Source of the DNA: Acidimicrobiia bacterium
Lineage (GTDB): Bacteria > Actinomycetota > Acidimicrobiia > IMCC26256 > JAOSJL01
Assembly: GCA_041394025.1 (NCBI GenBank)
Contig: JAWKJA010000003.1
Span: 79,397 to 143,396, forward strand
Direction: 5' to 3'
DNA: 64,000 bases
Part shown: positions 54,625-64,000 of the stretch, piece by piece
How positions within the stretch are numbered: the stretch's first letter is position 1
Layout: each line of letters opens with the position of its first letter
Notes under the pieces: generated by a model
Told to the model about the DNA's origin: nothing
Database searches by the model: none
The model's input: only the letters and a program-made list of their open reading frames with translations
Position numbers and translations under genes: made by a program

Positions 54625-56297
54625 ACGCCCCCGGTCCTCCGGATCCGGGCCGCCCGCGTCGCCGACCCCGTTGGCGACGATGGGCACTCGGCGCCGCGCT
54701 CGTGGTGCCCCCGCTCGCGTTCCTGGCGGTCTTCTTCGTCTACCCGCTCGTCTCGATACTGCGGGAGAGTTTCACCCGCGTCGACGGTGGGCTCCTGTCG
54801 ACCTTCGGAAACGTCCTGGGCGACGCGGCACTGCGCGACGTCATCTGGTTCACGGCCTGGCAGGCCGCGGTCTCCACCGTGCTGACACTGCTGGTCGCGC
54901 TTCCCGGTGCCTACGTGTTCGCCCGCTACGACTTCCCCGGCAAGGGTGTTGTCCGCGCGTTGGCGACCGTTGCGTTCGTGCTCCCGACCGTGGTTGTCGG
55001 ATCGGCGTTCCTCGCGCTCCTCGGCCCCAGCGGCCCACTCGGTGTCGATCTCGTCGGCACGGTCTGGGCCATCTTCATCGCCCACGTGTTCTTCAACTAC
55101 GCCGTCGTACTTCGCACGGTCGGTGGATTCTGGGCGAACCTCGACCCTCGCGCCGTGGATGCCGCCCGTGTCCTCGGCGCATCGCGGCTCCGGGCGTTCC
55201 GTTCGGTCACGCTGCCCCTTCTGCGCCCGGCGATCACCTCGGCCGCACTCATCGTCTTCCTGTTCACGTTCACCTCTTTCGGGGTGATCCTCATCCTCGG
55301 AGGGTCGACCCACGCCACGATCGAGGTCGAGATCTACCGGCAGACCACCCAGTTCCTCGACCTGCCCTTTGCCGCGGCCCTGTCGGTCCTCCAACTCCTC
55401 GCCGTGTCGGCCGTCCTTCTCGTCTACGGCCGGTCGCAGCGGACGGGCACAGTGGAACAGCCGCTGCGCTCCCGGGGTGAGACGACACGTCGCCCCCGGG
55501 GTGCGGGGCAGTGGTCGCTCGTCGGCGTCAACCTCGCCGTGGTCGTGGCGCTCATCGGCGTCCCGATCGGCGTTCTCGTCCAACGCTCGTTCGACACGGC
55601 GACGGGTCTCGGCCTGCGCTACTACCGCGAGTTGGCGGCGGATCCGCGCGGGAGCACACTGTTCGTCCCACCCATCGAGGCCATACGCAACTCCCTCGTG
55701 TTCGCCCTCGTCGCGACGCTCATCGCCGTGGTTCTCGGCACGATGATCGCCGTCGTCGTGACGTCGCCGGGAGCGACACGGCGCGGGCTCGACCTGCTCG
55801 TCATGCTCCCGCTCGGTGCGTCGGCGGTCACACTCGGCTTCGGCTTCCTGATCGCCCTCGACCAGCCCCCCTTCGACCTGCGGTCGTCCCCGTGGCTGAT
55901 ACCGATCGCCCACGCCCTCGTCGCCACGCCGTTCGTCGTGCGGGTCCTCGTCCCGGTGCTGCGGTCCATCGACTCCCGTCTACGCGAGGCAGCGACGATG
56001 CTGGGCGCCGGCCCTGTGCGTGCGTGGCGCGAGGTCGACCTGCCGATCGTGGGTCGTGCCGTGGCCGTGGGCGCCGGATTCGCGTTCGCCATCTCGATGG
56101 GTGAGTTCGGCGCCACGGCCTTCATCGCGCGGCCCGACTACCCCACCATCCCCATCGCCATCTTCCGCTTCCTCGGCCAGCCGGGGGCGCTCAGCTTCGG
56201 GCAGGCCATGGCCATGAGCACCATCCTCGTGGCGGTCACGGCCACGGCGGTCTTCCTCATCGACCGTGTGCGGGTCGGAAACGTGGGCCAGTTCTGA
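54588..56297 (+). CDS. thiP: thiamine/iron-type ABC transporter permease (fused two-domain, about 12 TM helices)
   Basis: 569 aa with two MetI-like halves, each carrying an EAA-like loop (DAARVLGASRLRAFRSVTLP; EAATMLGAGPVRAWREVDLP). Start uncertain. Confidence 0.7.
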   Translation: MDRGVDEHGAALNAPGPPDPGRPRRRPRWRRWALGAALVVPPLAFLAVFFVYPLVSILRESFTRVDGGLLSTFGNVLGDAALRDVIWFTAWQAAVSTVLTLLVALPGAYVFARYDFPGKGVVRALATVAFVLPTVVVGSAFLALLGPSGPLGVDLVGTVWAIFIAHVFFNYAVVLRTVGGFWANLDPRAVDAARVLGASRLRAFRSVTLPLLRPAITSAALIVFLFTFTSFGVILILGGSTHATIEVEIYRQTTQFLDLPFAAALSVLQLLAVSAVLLVYGRSQRTGTVEQPLRSRGETTRRPRGAGQWSLVGVNLAVVVALIGVPIGVLVQRSFDTATGLGLRYYRELAADPRGSTLFVPPIEAIRNSLVFALVATLIAVVLGTMIAVVVTSPGATRRGLDLLVMLPLGASAVTLGFGFLIALDQPPFDLRSSPWLIPIAHALVATPFVVRVLVPVLRSIDSRLREAATMLGAGPVRAWREVDLPIVGRAVAVGAGFAFAISMGEFGATAFIARPDYPTIPIAIFRFLGQPGALSFGQAMAMSTILVAVTATAVFLIDRVRVGNVGQF

Positions 56298-57301
56298 TGG
56301 GTGACGTCGACGAGCTGTCCGGCCGGCGACCCGGGCGAGGAGGAGGGAGGGCGGCCGTGCTGGAGATCGACGCCCTCCGACGCTCGTACGGTGACGTCGA
56401 CGCGCTCGGTGGGTGCGGTGGGCTCGACCTCACCGTCGCCGACGGCGAGATCGTGGGCGTCCTCGGCCCGAGTGGGTGCGGGAAGACGACGCTGTTGCGG
56501 CTGCTCGCCGGCCTGGAGGAGCCCGACACCGGCACCATCCGCTGGGACGGGCACGACCTCGCCGGCGTGCCACCCGACACGCGCGGCTTCGGCCTCATGT
56601 TCCAGGACCACGTGCTGTTCCCCCACCGCGACGTGGCGGGCAACGTCGCGTTCGGGCTCCGGATGCAGAGGACCCCCAGGTCGCAGGTGGACGATCGTGT
56701 CGCGGAGGTGCTCACGACCGTCGGTCTGGCCGGGACGCAGCATCGTGCCGTGTCGACACTGTCGGGCGGTGAGCAGCAACGGGTCGCTCTCGCCCGCGCC
56801 CTGGCCCCCCGACCGCGGCTTCTCATGCTCGACGAGCCGCTGGGAGCACTCGACCGCGCTCTGCGGGAACGGCTCGTGGTCGACCTGCGGAGCATCCTGC
56901 GGGACCTCGGCACCACGGCGGTGTACGTGACGCACGACCAGGACGAGGCCTGCACGGTCGCCGACCGTGTCGTCGTGATGCGCGCAGGAAACGTCGAACA
57001 GGACGGCACGCCCCGCGACGTGTGGCACGACCCCGTGAACGCCTTCGTCGCCGGGTTCCTGGGCTGGACCGACATCCACGACGGTACGGGCATTCGTCCC
57101 GGGGGCGTCGTCCTCGATACGGAGGGTGAAATCGGCGCCGAGGTGGTCGACGTGCTGTTCCAACGGAACCGCTTCGTCGTGCGGGTGCGCACCGCCGACG
57201 ACCGGGTGCTCACGACGTCGGTGGCCGACACGCCCCCGTCGGTGGGCGACCACGTGCACGTCGCCGTCGACCCCGATGCCGTCCTCACCTTCGGCGCTTA
57301 G
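56297..57301 (+). CDS. thiQ: ABC transporter ATP-binding protein with C-terminal TOBE-like domain
   Basis: GPSGCGKTT, LSGGEQQRVALARAL, LLMLDEPLGALD, YVTHDQ. ATG overlaps the upstream stop by 1 nt. Confidence 0.75.
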   Translation: MGDVDELSGRRPGRGGGRAAVLEIDALRRSYGDVDALGGCGGLDLTVADGEIVGVLGPSGCGKTTLLRLLAGLEEPDTGTIRWDGHDLAGVPPDTRGFGLMFQDHVLFPHRDVAGNVAFGLRMQRTPRSQVDDRVAEVLTTVGLAGTQHRAVSTLSGGEQQRVALARALAPRPRLLMLDEPLGALDRALRERLVVDLRSILRDLGTTAVYVTHDQDEACTVADRVVVMRAGNVEQDGTPRDVWHDPVNAFVAGFLGWTDIHDGTGIRPGGVVLDTEGEIGAEVVDVLFQRNRFVVRVRTADDRVLTTSVADTPPSVGDHVHVAVDPDAVLTFGA

Positions 57302-57417
57302 ACCACCACGCTCTGCACGAACCCCCACCGGGTTGGTGCGATCCCGCTACCCGGTTCGAGGCCGGGTTGGTGCAGAAACCCGGCCCATGACCCGGAAATC
57401 GCACCATCTCGGGGGGG

Positions 57418-58707
57418 TCAGTGGCCCTGGCGGAAGAAGGGCGCTGTGCCGCCCGCCTGGATGGCGTCGCACAGCCGTTGGAGAGCGTGCACGTAGGCCG
57501 CAACCCGCAGGCTCACCGACAACTCCCCGGACAACCCGCGCACGGCCGCGAACTCGCGGCGCATCCGGGCAGCGAGCCGATCGTGGACCGTTTCGAGCGG
57601 CCAGTAGTCGCCGGTGCGGTTCTGGACCCACTCGAAGTAGCTCACGGTGACGCCCCCGGCGTTGGCGACGATGTCGGGAACGACGGTGACGCCCGCGTCC
57701 TCGAGGAACGGATCGGCACCGGCGCTCACGGGGCCGTTGGCCACCTCGACAACGGTGCGCGCACGCACCCGCTTGGCATTGTCCTCGGTGATCACACCCT
57801 CGATGGCAGCCGGCACGAGAATGTCGACATCGAGCTCCAGGAGCTCCTCGTTGCTGATCCCGTCGGCGGGTGCGACCTCACACACCGCACCCCTGCAGTA
57901 CACGGCCTCCAGCCTTCGGGTTTCCTCCTTGAAGCGAACGAGGCTCGCCACGTCGAGACCCTCCGGTCGGTAGAGGCCGCCCTGGGAGTCGCTGACCGCC
58001 ACGACGCTGTAGCCCGCCTCGTCGAGGCGCAACGCCACGGAGCGGCCGGCGTTGCCGAAACCGTGCACCGCGACCGTCGTGTTCTCCCGATCCCAGGCGT
58101 TGGCGTTCGCCAGATCCTCGATGCAGTGGAACGCGCCGCGCCCCGTGGCGTCGTCGCGACCGAGGCTTCCACCGAGCTCGATGGGCTTGCCGGTGATCAC
58201 CGCGGGAGTCCGCGTCCGCTTGATCGTCGAGTACTCGTCCATCATCCAGCCCATGATCCGGGCGTTGGTGTAGACGTCGGGCGCGGGTACGTCGGTCTCG
58301 GGTCCGATGAAGTCGGCAACATGCTCGATGTAGCCGCGACTGAGGCGTTCCAACTCGAGGTGCGACAACTGCTTCGCGTCGACGACCACGCCGCCCTTGG
58401 CGCCGCCGAAGGGCAGCCCGAGGGCTGCGCACTTGAAGGTCATCCAGAAGGCCAGTGACTCCACCTCGTCGAGGCCGAGTTTCGGGTGGAAGCGGATCCC
58501 GCCCTTGGAGGGGCCGCGGACGTCGGTGTGGCGCACGCGCAACCCCTCGAAGATCCGCTCGCTCCCGTCGTCCATCCGGACAGGTATCCACACCTGGAGC
58601 ACGGCCTGGGGGACCTTCAGACGCTCGAGAACCTCGGGATCCGGGTTCACATGCTCGGCGGCCGCCTCCATCGAGGCGATCGCGCCGCTCAGAACGGGGC
58701 CTGTCAC
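57418..58707 (-). CDS. gdhA: Glu/Leu/Phe/Val dehydrogenase family, glutamate dehydrogenase-like
   Basis: KGGIRFHP, LAFWMTFKCAALGLPFGGAKGG, and NAD(P) Rossmann motif VAVHGFGNAG. Confidence 0.85.
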   Translation of the reverse strand: MTGPVLSGAIASMEAAAEHVNPDPEVLERLKVPQAVLQVWIPVRMDDGSERIFEGLRVRHTDVRGPSKGGIRFHPKLGLDEVESLAFWMTFKCAALGLPFGGAKGGVVVDAKQLSHLELERLSRGYIEHVADFIGPETDVPAPDVYTNARIMGWMMDEYSTIKRTRTPAVITGKPIELGGSLGRDDATGRGAFHCIEDLANANAWDRENTTVAVHGFGNAGRSVALRLDEAGYSVVAVSDSQGGLYRPEGLDVASLVRFKEETRRLEAVYCRGAVCEVAPADGISNEELLELDVDILVPAAIEGVITEDNAKRVRARTVVEVANGPVSAGADPFLEDAGVTVVPDIVANAGGVTVSYFEWVQNRTGDYWPLETVHDRLAARMRREFAAVRGLSGELSVSLRVAAYVHALQRLCDAIQAGGTAPFFRQGH

Positions 58708-58848
58708 AGGTGCAACCTAGGACACGGCGCCGTGCCGGCGCGAACATCTACCCGTGCAACCACAGGGATCGGTACGCCTCCACGGAATCCACACATCTCC
58801 GGCCGGTTCCCCACACAGCCGCTTCCTTATGCTGATGCGGTGCCCGTG

Positions 58849-59652
58849 ATGACACCTCCGAAGCCCCGCGACGCGACCACCTCGCCGTCGGGCGCCGCAC
58901 CGCCGAAGGGCGCCACGGTGCTCGTCGTGGAGGACGAGACCGCCATCGCCGCGGCCGTCGCCGCCCGGCTCCGCAGTGAGGGCTACACCGCGGAGGTGGC
59001 CCACGACGGCCCCACCGCCGTGGCGCGCTGCGAGGAGATGGTGCCCGACCTCGTGGTGCTCGATCTCATGCTCCCGGGAATCGACGGGCTCGAGGTGTGC
59101 CGGCGCATCCAGGCGCAGCGCCCCGTGCCCGTCCTGATGCTCACGGCCAAGGACTCCGAGACCGACAAGATCGTCGGCCTGGGTGTCGGTGCCGACGACT
59201 ACGTCACGAAGCCCTTCAGTACGCGCGAGCTCGTGGCCCGCGTCGGCGCCATTCTCCGTCGTGTGGAACGCAGCGCCACCGACGGGGGCGGGCCTGAACC
59301 ACGCGTGCGGATCGGAGCACTCGAGCTCGACCGCGAGAGCCGGCGCGTGCACCGCGACGGCACCGAGATCCACCTCACACCCACTGAGTTCGACCTGCTC
59401 GCGGTCCTCGCGGAACGCCCCGAGCGCGTCTACTCACGCCGCGAGCTCCTGGCCGACGTGTGGGGCTATCCGGAGGGCACCGGCGAGCGCACCGTCGACT
59501 CCCACGTCCGGGCACTGCGCGCCAAGGTGGGTGCCGACGTCGTGCGGACCGTGCACGGCGTCGGGTACGCCCTCGCCGAGCCCGAGCCCGAGCCCGAGCC
59601 GGGGTCCGGGTCCGGGTCCGAAGACGACGCCACACCGGACGTCGCGCCGTGA
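58849..59652 (+). CDS. OmpR/PhoB-family response regulator with low-complexity C-terminal tail
   Basis: Internal ATG 58849 of ORF 58486..59652. VLVVEDE, DLVVLDLMLPGIDG, LMLTAK, and a winged-helix region (LTPTEFDLL, VRTVHGVGY). Confidence 0.85.
   Translation: MTPPKPRDATTSPSGAAPPKGATVLVVEDETAIAAAVAARLRSEGYTAEVAHDGPTAVARCEEMVPDLVVLDLMLPGIDGLEVCRRIQAQRPVPVLMLTAKDSETDKIVGLGVGADDYVTKPFSTRELVARVGAILRRVERSATDGGGPEPRVRIGALELDRESRRVHRDGTEIHLTPTEFDLLAVLAERPERVYSRRELLADVWGYPEGTGERTVDSHVRALRAKVGADVVRTVHGVGYALAEPEPEPEPGSGSGSEDDATPDVAP
59578..59619 (+). repeat. in-frame hexanucleotide tracts (GAGCCC)x3-GAGCCG followed by (GGGTCC)x3
   Basis: Read directly. Encodes EPEPEPEP-GSGSGS at the response regulator C-terminus, just before the overlapping kinase start. 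Confidence 0.8.
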
Positions 59653-60683
59653 GACCGCTCGACCAGGTCCCCTACTTCAAGCTGCGCCTCGGCGCTGTGA
59701 TCCTGGCCGCCGTCGGCACCACCGTCGTCGTCTTCTGGGCGGGTGTCCACACGGGCCTGTGGCCGTCGGTCAGCGGCGTGCTCGCCGGCTCACTGGCGCT
59801 CGCGGTCGTGTGGTTCCTCACCCGCGGCATGACCTCCCCGCTGCGTGAGATGGCGGCAGCGTCCGAGGCCATGGCGCGCCACGACTACTCGCAGCGCGTC
59901 CGCGTCACCTCTGCCGACGAGATCGGGCGCCTCGCCAACGCCTTCAACAACATGGCCGACGAGCTCGCCGAGAACGACCGCGTACGCCGCGAGATCGTCG
60001 CCAACGTCTCGCACGAGCTGCGCACGCCGATCACCGCTCTCCAGGCGTCGCTGGAGAACATCGTCGACGGCGTGGAGTCGCCCGACCCCGAGAAGCTCGA
60101 CACAATGCTCCGGCAGGTCGAGCGCCTGGGTCGCCTGGTCACCCAGCTCCTCGACCTGTCCCGTCTCGAGTCGGGTGCGGTTCCACTGGAGTGCCGGGAG
60201 TTCGAAGTGGAGCCGATGCTCACCGACGCGGCACGTGAATCGGAGCTGCACGCCCCGAACACCGAGATCAGGGTGCGGGTCGACAGCGCCGGGCTGGCCG
60301 CTGACGGCGACCCCGAGAGGATCCACCAGGTCGTCGCCAACCTCCTCGAGAACGCGGTCCGGTTCACCCCCGACGGAGGGCTGGTCGAGGTACGGGCACG
60401 CCGGGCACCCGACAACGTCGTGATCGAGGTCGCCGACGAGGGACCCGGCATTCCCGAGACGGAACGTGGCAAGGTGTTCGAGCGTTTCTACAGGGCCGAC
60501 CCGGCCCGGGCGGTCGACGGCGGTGGCGCCGGCCTCGGCCTGGCGATCGCACAGTGGATCGTCGACCTGCACGGCGGGCGTATCCACCCCGAGGACCGGG
60601 AGCCGCGGGGATGCCGAATGGTGGTCGAGCTACCGGCGTCGCAACGACGCGACGCCGCAGAGAGCGCACAGAGAGGTGAGTGA
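59649..60683 (+). CDS. sensor histidine kinase (two TM helices, HAMP, HisKA, HATPase_c)
   Basis: GTG 59649 (GTGA overlap with the regulator stop) inside ORF 59460..60683. H box NVSHELRTP, N box LLENAVRFTP, DEGPGIP, GGAGLGLAI. Confidence 0.85.
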   Translation: MRPLDQVPYFKLRLGAVILAAVGTTVVVFWAGVHTGLWPSVSGVLAGSLALAVVWFLTRGMTSPLREMAAASEAMARHDYSQRVRVTSADEIGRLANAFNNMADELAENDRVRREIVANVSHELRTPITALQASLENIVDGVESPDPEKLDTMLRQVERLGRLVTQLLDLSRLESGAVPLECREFEVEPMLTDAARESELHAPNTEIRVRVDSAGLAADGDPERIHQVVANLLENAVRFTPDGGLVEVRARRAPDNVVIEVADEGPGIPETERGKVFERFYRADPARAVDGGGAGLGLAIAQWIVDLHGGRIHPEDREPRGCRMVVELPASQRRDAAESAQRGE

Positions 60684-60684
60684 C

Positions 60685-61320
60685 ATGAGTTTCACCACAG
60701 TCGAAGACGCCGTCCGGCGCATCCGCCGCGGGGAGATCGTTCTCGTCGTCGACGACGAGAACCGCGAGAACGAGGGCGACCTCACGATGGCGGCCGACTG
60801 GGTCACTCCCGAGGCGATCAACTTCATGATCACGTGGGGCAAGGGTCTCGTCTGCATGCCCGCCACCGGCGACCATCTCGACCGCATCGGCATCGCGCCC
60901 ATGGTCGACGACAACACGTGCGAGCAGGAGACGGCCTTCTGCGTGACGATCGACCACACGTCGACCGGTAGCGGCATCTCCGCCGAGGATCGTTCGCTCA
61001 CCATCCGCAGGGCCGCACACCCCGACACCACGTCCGACGACTTCCACCGCCCCGGCCACGTCTTCCCGCTGCGAGCCAAGGACGGCGGTGTCCTCGAACG
61101 CCCCGGTCACACCGAGGCCGCGGTCGACCTCGCCCGCATGGCGCGCCTCGCCCCCGTGGCCGCGATCTGCGAGGTGCTCACCGAGGACGGCGAGCCCGCA
61201 CGCCTCCCCTGGCTCGCCGACTTCGCCGACCGCCACAGGATCGCCATCGTCTCCATCGAGCAGCTCATCGAGTTCCGCCACTCGGGAAGCGAGCTCCCCG
61301 AGTCGATGGCGGTCCTGTAG
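60685..61320 (+). CDS. ribB: 3,4-dihydroxy-2-butanone 4-phosphate synthase (stand-alone)
   Basis: Internal ATG 60685 of ORF 60466..61320. VVDDENRENEGDL, GLVCMP, HRPGHVFPL, RPGHTEAAVDLARMA. Confidence 0.9.
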   Translation: MSFTTVEDAVRRIRRGEIVLVVDDENRENEGDLTMAADWVTPEAINFMITWGKGLVCMPATGDHLDRIGIAPMVDDNTCEQETAFCVTIDHTSTGSGISAEDRSLTIRRAAHPDTTSDDFHRPGHVFPLRAKDGGVLERPGHTEAAVDLARMARLAPVAAICEVLTEDGEPARLPWLADFADRHRIAIVSIEQLIEFRHSGSELPESMAVL

Positions 61321-61343
61321 CCACCCCGGTCGCACCCGGATCC

Positions 61344-62549
61344 GTGCCCGATCCACCCGCCCGCGAGCCGGAGGCCGCGACGGCGTGGGCACGCCTGTCG
61401 GATGCCGTCGCCGCCGCGGGTGGGCGGCTCCTGGCCGACGACGCTCCCGGCGGTGAGCACGTCCGTGCCGCCGCCCTCGGCTACCTCTCCGAGTTCCTGA
61501 GCGCGGGCATCGGCCAGTGCGTCACCCACGCCGACGCCGACAACCCGAGCTTCGTACGCATGATCGCCCCCGACGCGCGCTGGGGCCTCGACAACCCCGA
61601 CTGCCTCTACCTCTACGCCCCCGTCGGACCGGGGCGCACCTACCGGATCGAGGGAAACCGTGGCAGCGCCACAGCCATCGAGCTCCAGGTGAACACCGGA
61701 CACTTCGCCGGCGGTGACCCCGGCGAATGGCGGACGATCTCCTCGATCACCGACGACACCCTCCAGTGCGCGCCGGACGGCTCCCTGTCGGTGGCCGTGG
61801 GCCCCGACGTCACCGGGCCGAACACACTCATCACCGACAGCCCCGGTCTCGACCCCACGTTCCTCCTCGTTCGCCAGTACTTCGGCGACTGGGAGACCGA
61901 GCGGCCCGCCGACCTCTCCATCTCGCTTGTCGGAGCGGAGTTCCCGACACCGCTCCCCGACGTGGCGACCATGGTCGAACGCGTCGAGCGGCTGACGACG
62001 TGGATGAGCGCCGGCCTCGGCTGGTGGGACGACTGGATGACAGAGCTCGCGAAGCGGCCCAACGACCTGAGTGTCTTCGTGACCCCCGGCGAGGACGCAA
62101 CGGCGATGCACGGGTTGGTCTACGGCGTGGGTGCGTTCGCCTGCGCACCGGACGAGGCGGTGGTCCTCGATGTGGAGGTTCCGCCCTGCCGGTACTGGAG
62201 CGTGGCGCTGATGAGCCCGTTCAACGCGGCGCTCGACTACCACGGCCGCCAGAGCCACCTCAACCACACGCAGGCCCGTATCGACTCCGACGGCGTGCTG
62301 CGGCTCGTGATCAGCCACGACGACCCGGGTGTGTGGAACTGGCTCGACCCGTGCGGCTTCGACACCGGTGGTCTCTTCTGCCGGTTCCTCGACCCGGAAT
62401 CCGATGTGCCGCGCCCCACGTTCCGAACTCTTGCGCGAAAGAACCTCGACGCCGAACTGCCGGCCGACACACCTCGCGTCTCACCCCACGAGCGACCGGA
62501 GATCCTCGAGCGGCGTCACGCCGCAGGCCTGCGCCGCTATCGCGCGTAG
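61344..62549 (+). CDS. hypothetical protein (possibly DUF1214-like)
   Basis: 401-aa ORF with coding-like composition. WGLDNPDCLYLYAP and RYWSVALMSPF recall DUF1214/DUF1254 proteins, from memory only. Confidence 0.5.
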   Translation: MPDPPAREPEAATAWARLSDAVAAAGGRLLADDAPGGEHVRAAALGYLSEFLSAGIGQCVTHADADNPSFVRMIAPDARWGLDNPDCLYLYAPVGPGRTYRIEGNRGSATAIELQVNTGHFAGGDPGEWRTISSITDDTLQCAPDGSLSVAVGPDVTGPNTLITDSPGLDPTFLLVRQYFGDWETERPADLSISLVGAEFPTPLPDVATMVERVERLTTWMSAGLGWWDDWMTELAKRPNDLSVFVTPGEDATAMHGLVYGVGAFACAPDEAVVLDVEVPPCRYWSVALMSPFNAALDYHGRQSHLNHTQARIDSDGVLRLVISHDDPGVWNWLDPCGFDTGGLFCRFLDPESDVPRPTFRTLARKNLDAELPADTPRVSPHERPEILERRHAAGLRRYRA

Positions 62550-62561
62550 CCGGCGGGCCGA

Positions 62562-63692
62562 TCAGACGTCGAAACGGCTCCGGTAGTCGGAGAAGCGCTC
62601 GTCGACCTCGCCGGCGGTCAGGCCGAACTCGTCGAGGGAGTACTCGACTCGCCCGTGCTTGCCCTGGGGGTTGTCGTCCCGGTAGCTCGCCAAGGCCGCT
62701 TCCGCCTGCTCGGTCATGGGACGGCCGGTGTGGGCGTAGATGGCGTCGACGGTGCCGATCGGGTCGGCCACGAGGTCGGGGTAGCGGACGTGGAGGATCC
62801 GGTCGCCACGGCGCGCGTCGACGTCGAGCAGTCGGTCCGTCATCTCGGCCAGGAGCTCGAACCAGAGACGCGCCATGGCGTGCCGGTCGACCTCCCCCAA
62901 TGCCGCCGATCCCAGCGTGACCAGCTTCCCCGTGGACGCCACGGCCTCGGTGGGGTCGCGGTGGGTGACAACGACCGAGGCGTCCGGGTACTCGTCGAGG
63001 AGCGCGTCGAGCGCCATGAGGTGGTACGGGGCCTTGAGGGTCCAACGCCCCGGAGCGGCGGAGCCGAGCACCTGGAGGGCCAGACGGTGGAACCGGTAGG
63101 CCGAGCGGGTGTCGTCGGCGAAGAGCCATGCGGTGTAGTCGGGGATGAAGGCCATGCCGGCCACGTCGACACACCGGAAGTCCTGGCCGAGCAGGATCCC
63201 GCACTCGGTGGGACCGTCACCGGCCTCGTAGTGCATGGCCCGCAGTTCGGGAACCGCCTCGTACATGGCCTCGGTCGAGGCCACCGACGGAGCGACGCGC
63301 GGGTCGTCGTCGAGGTGGTCGCCGTCGGGGGGCGGCACCGAGTCGAGGGCCTCCCACTTGAGCAGCGCACGGGCACCGGGATCCGATGAGAGCAGGTTGT
63401 GCAGGAAGGTCGTTCCGGTGCGCGACATCCCGACGACGAACACCGGCGCCGACACCGGATCGTCGCGAACCTCGGGATGCTGGGCCGCCCAGTCGACGAT
63501 CTTCAGTCGGTTCTCGAGGCGGTGGTCGACATAGCCGTCGATCACGGACCAGCCTCCCTCCGACAGTCGGGCGGTCGCCTGGGCAGCGCTCAGCAGCGCC
63601 GCCAGCCCTTCGCGCCAGGAGCCGTCGCCGAAGTCGTCGTGACCCGTGACCGCTATGGCGCGATCTACTCGTTCGTCGATGGCGGGTCGCAC
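62562..63692 (-). CDS. sulfotransferase-family protein
   Basis: 5'-PSB-like loop VFVVGMSRTGTTFLHNLL, plus HLMALDALL and RDP motifs. Confidence 0.7.
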   Translation of the reverse strand: MRPAIDERVDRAIAVTGHDDFGDGSWREGLAALLSAAQATARLSEGGWSVIDGYVDHRLENRLKIVDWAAQHPEVRDDPVSAPVFVVGMSRTGTTFLHNLLSSDPGARALLKWEALDSVPPPDGDHLDDDPRVAPSVASTEAMYEAVPELRAMHYEAGDGPTECGILLGQDFRCVDVAGMAFIPDYTAWLFADDTRSAYRFHRLALQVLGSAAPGRWTLKAPYHLMALDALLDEYPDASVVVTHRDPTEAVASTGKLVTLGSAALGEVDRHAMARLWFELLAEMTDRLLDVDARRGDRILHVRYPDLVADPIGTVDAIYAHTGRPMTEQAEAALASYRDDNPQGKHGRVEYSLDEFGLTAGEVDERFSDYRSRFDV

Positions 63693-63704
63693 CGACGAAA
63701 CGTG

Positions 63705-64000
63705 TCAGCCGAGGAGACCGAGTGTCAACCCCGCCTGCCCCAGGTGGTAGGTCACGATGATCGCCACGGGCATCCAGGCCGCGGGGCGTACGAAGCGGTT
63801 CCAGGCGATGAGGGCGTCGCTTGCGTAGAACAGCACCGCGCCCAGGATCATCCACGCGATGCCGGCCGCGACCGCGCTCACCACCATGGCCGTGATGGCC
63901 AGGATGTAGACGACGACAGGCCCGACGAGCTTCGTGTCGACGGCCACTACCGACCGCACGATCTTCAACGCCAGGGGGGCCGCAACGGCGACAACAACGA
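63705..64000 (-). CDS. YhhN/lysoplasmalogenase-family membrane protein (C-terminal part; N-terminus beyond the window end)
   Basis: ILGAVLFYASDALIAWNRF and further TM helices. The reading frame stays open and hydrophobic upstream of the TTG at 63968, up to position 64000. Confidence 0.6.
   Translation of the reverse strand, partial: VVVAVAAPLALKIVRSVVAVDTKLVGPVVVYILAITAMVVSAVAAGIAWMILGAVLFYASDALIAWNRFVRPAAWMPVAIIVTYHLGQAGLTLGLLG

Overview
High-GC, actinobacterial-type DNA (judged by eye; nothing computed, and no finer taxonomic call is possible). The high GC fills the six-frame track with long Arg/Pro/Gly-rich shadow ORFs. I called genes only where I could read family motifs or a coherent operon context. 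Layout: (1) 1-6.7 kb is backbone: cydA (partial), then a lipoprotein, two ABC ATPases and a giant FtsX permease. (2) 6.85-39.9 kb is accessory DNA bounded and split by three colinear copies of an 84-nt segment at 6848, 16888 and 39750. Each copy ends in the first 8 nt of tRNA-Arg(CCT); only the third runs into the intact tRNA (39826-39898). Segment X (about 10 kb) carries HicAB, two ECF sigma modules with large Kelch, BNR or orphan extracytoplasmic proteins, and small secreted or membrane proteins. Segment Y (about 22.9 kb) carries a copper/redox island: an M23 peptidase, a cupredoxin lipoprotein, and csoR-SHOCT-copA with GC-rich CsoR-type boxes. It also has an ABC-2 exporter co-transcribed with a nucleotide cyclase-TRASH fusion, an accessory lspA, ccdA-tlpA, a BlaI/M56 pair, a cytochrome c and an APC permease. 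Further along Y are a decayed MerR-MerB-Trx-cupredoxin module, a dead IS30 nested in a dead IS3, and an Imm26-like pseudogene. Next to the tRNA sit an Xis-like HTH gene and a degenerate integrase-like gene coupled to an IS4/IS5-type DDE transposase. (3) 39.9-64 kb is backbone. It holds a truncated hydrolase, tandemly duplicated lipoprotein genes, an M23 lipoprotein, SulP, a desaturase, a flavoprotein disulfide reductase, gnd/tal, a TPP riboswitch with thiN-thiBPQ, gdh, an OmpR-type two-component system followed by ribB, a sulfotransferase and a partial YhhN gene. The most interesting items are the 5'-side tRNA repeat architecture, the integrase-like/DDE gene pair, the cyclase-TRASH fusion behind a CsoR-type box, and a family of candidate operators linking the BlaI-like repressor to several island promoters. 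All family assignments rest on motif reading, not on searches.
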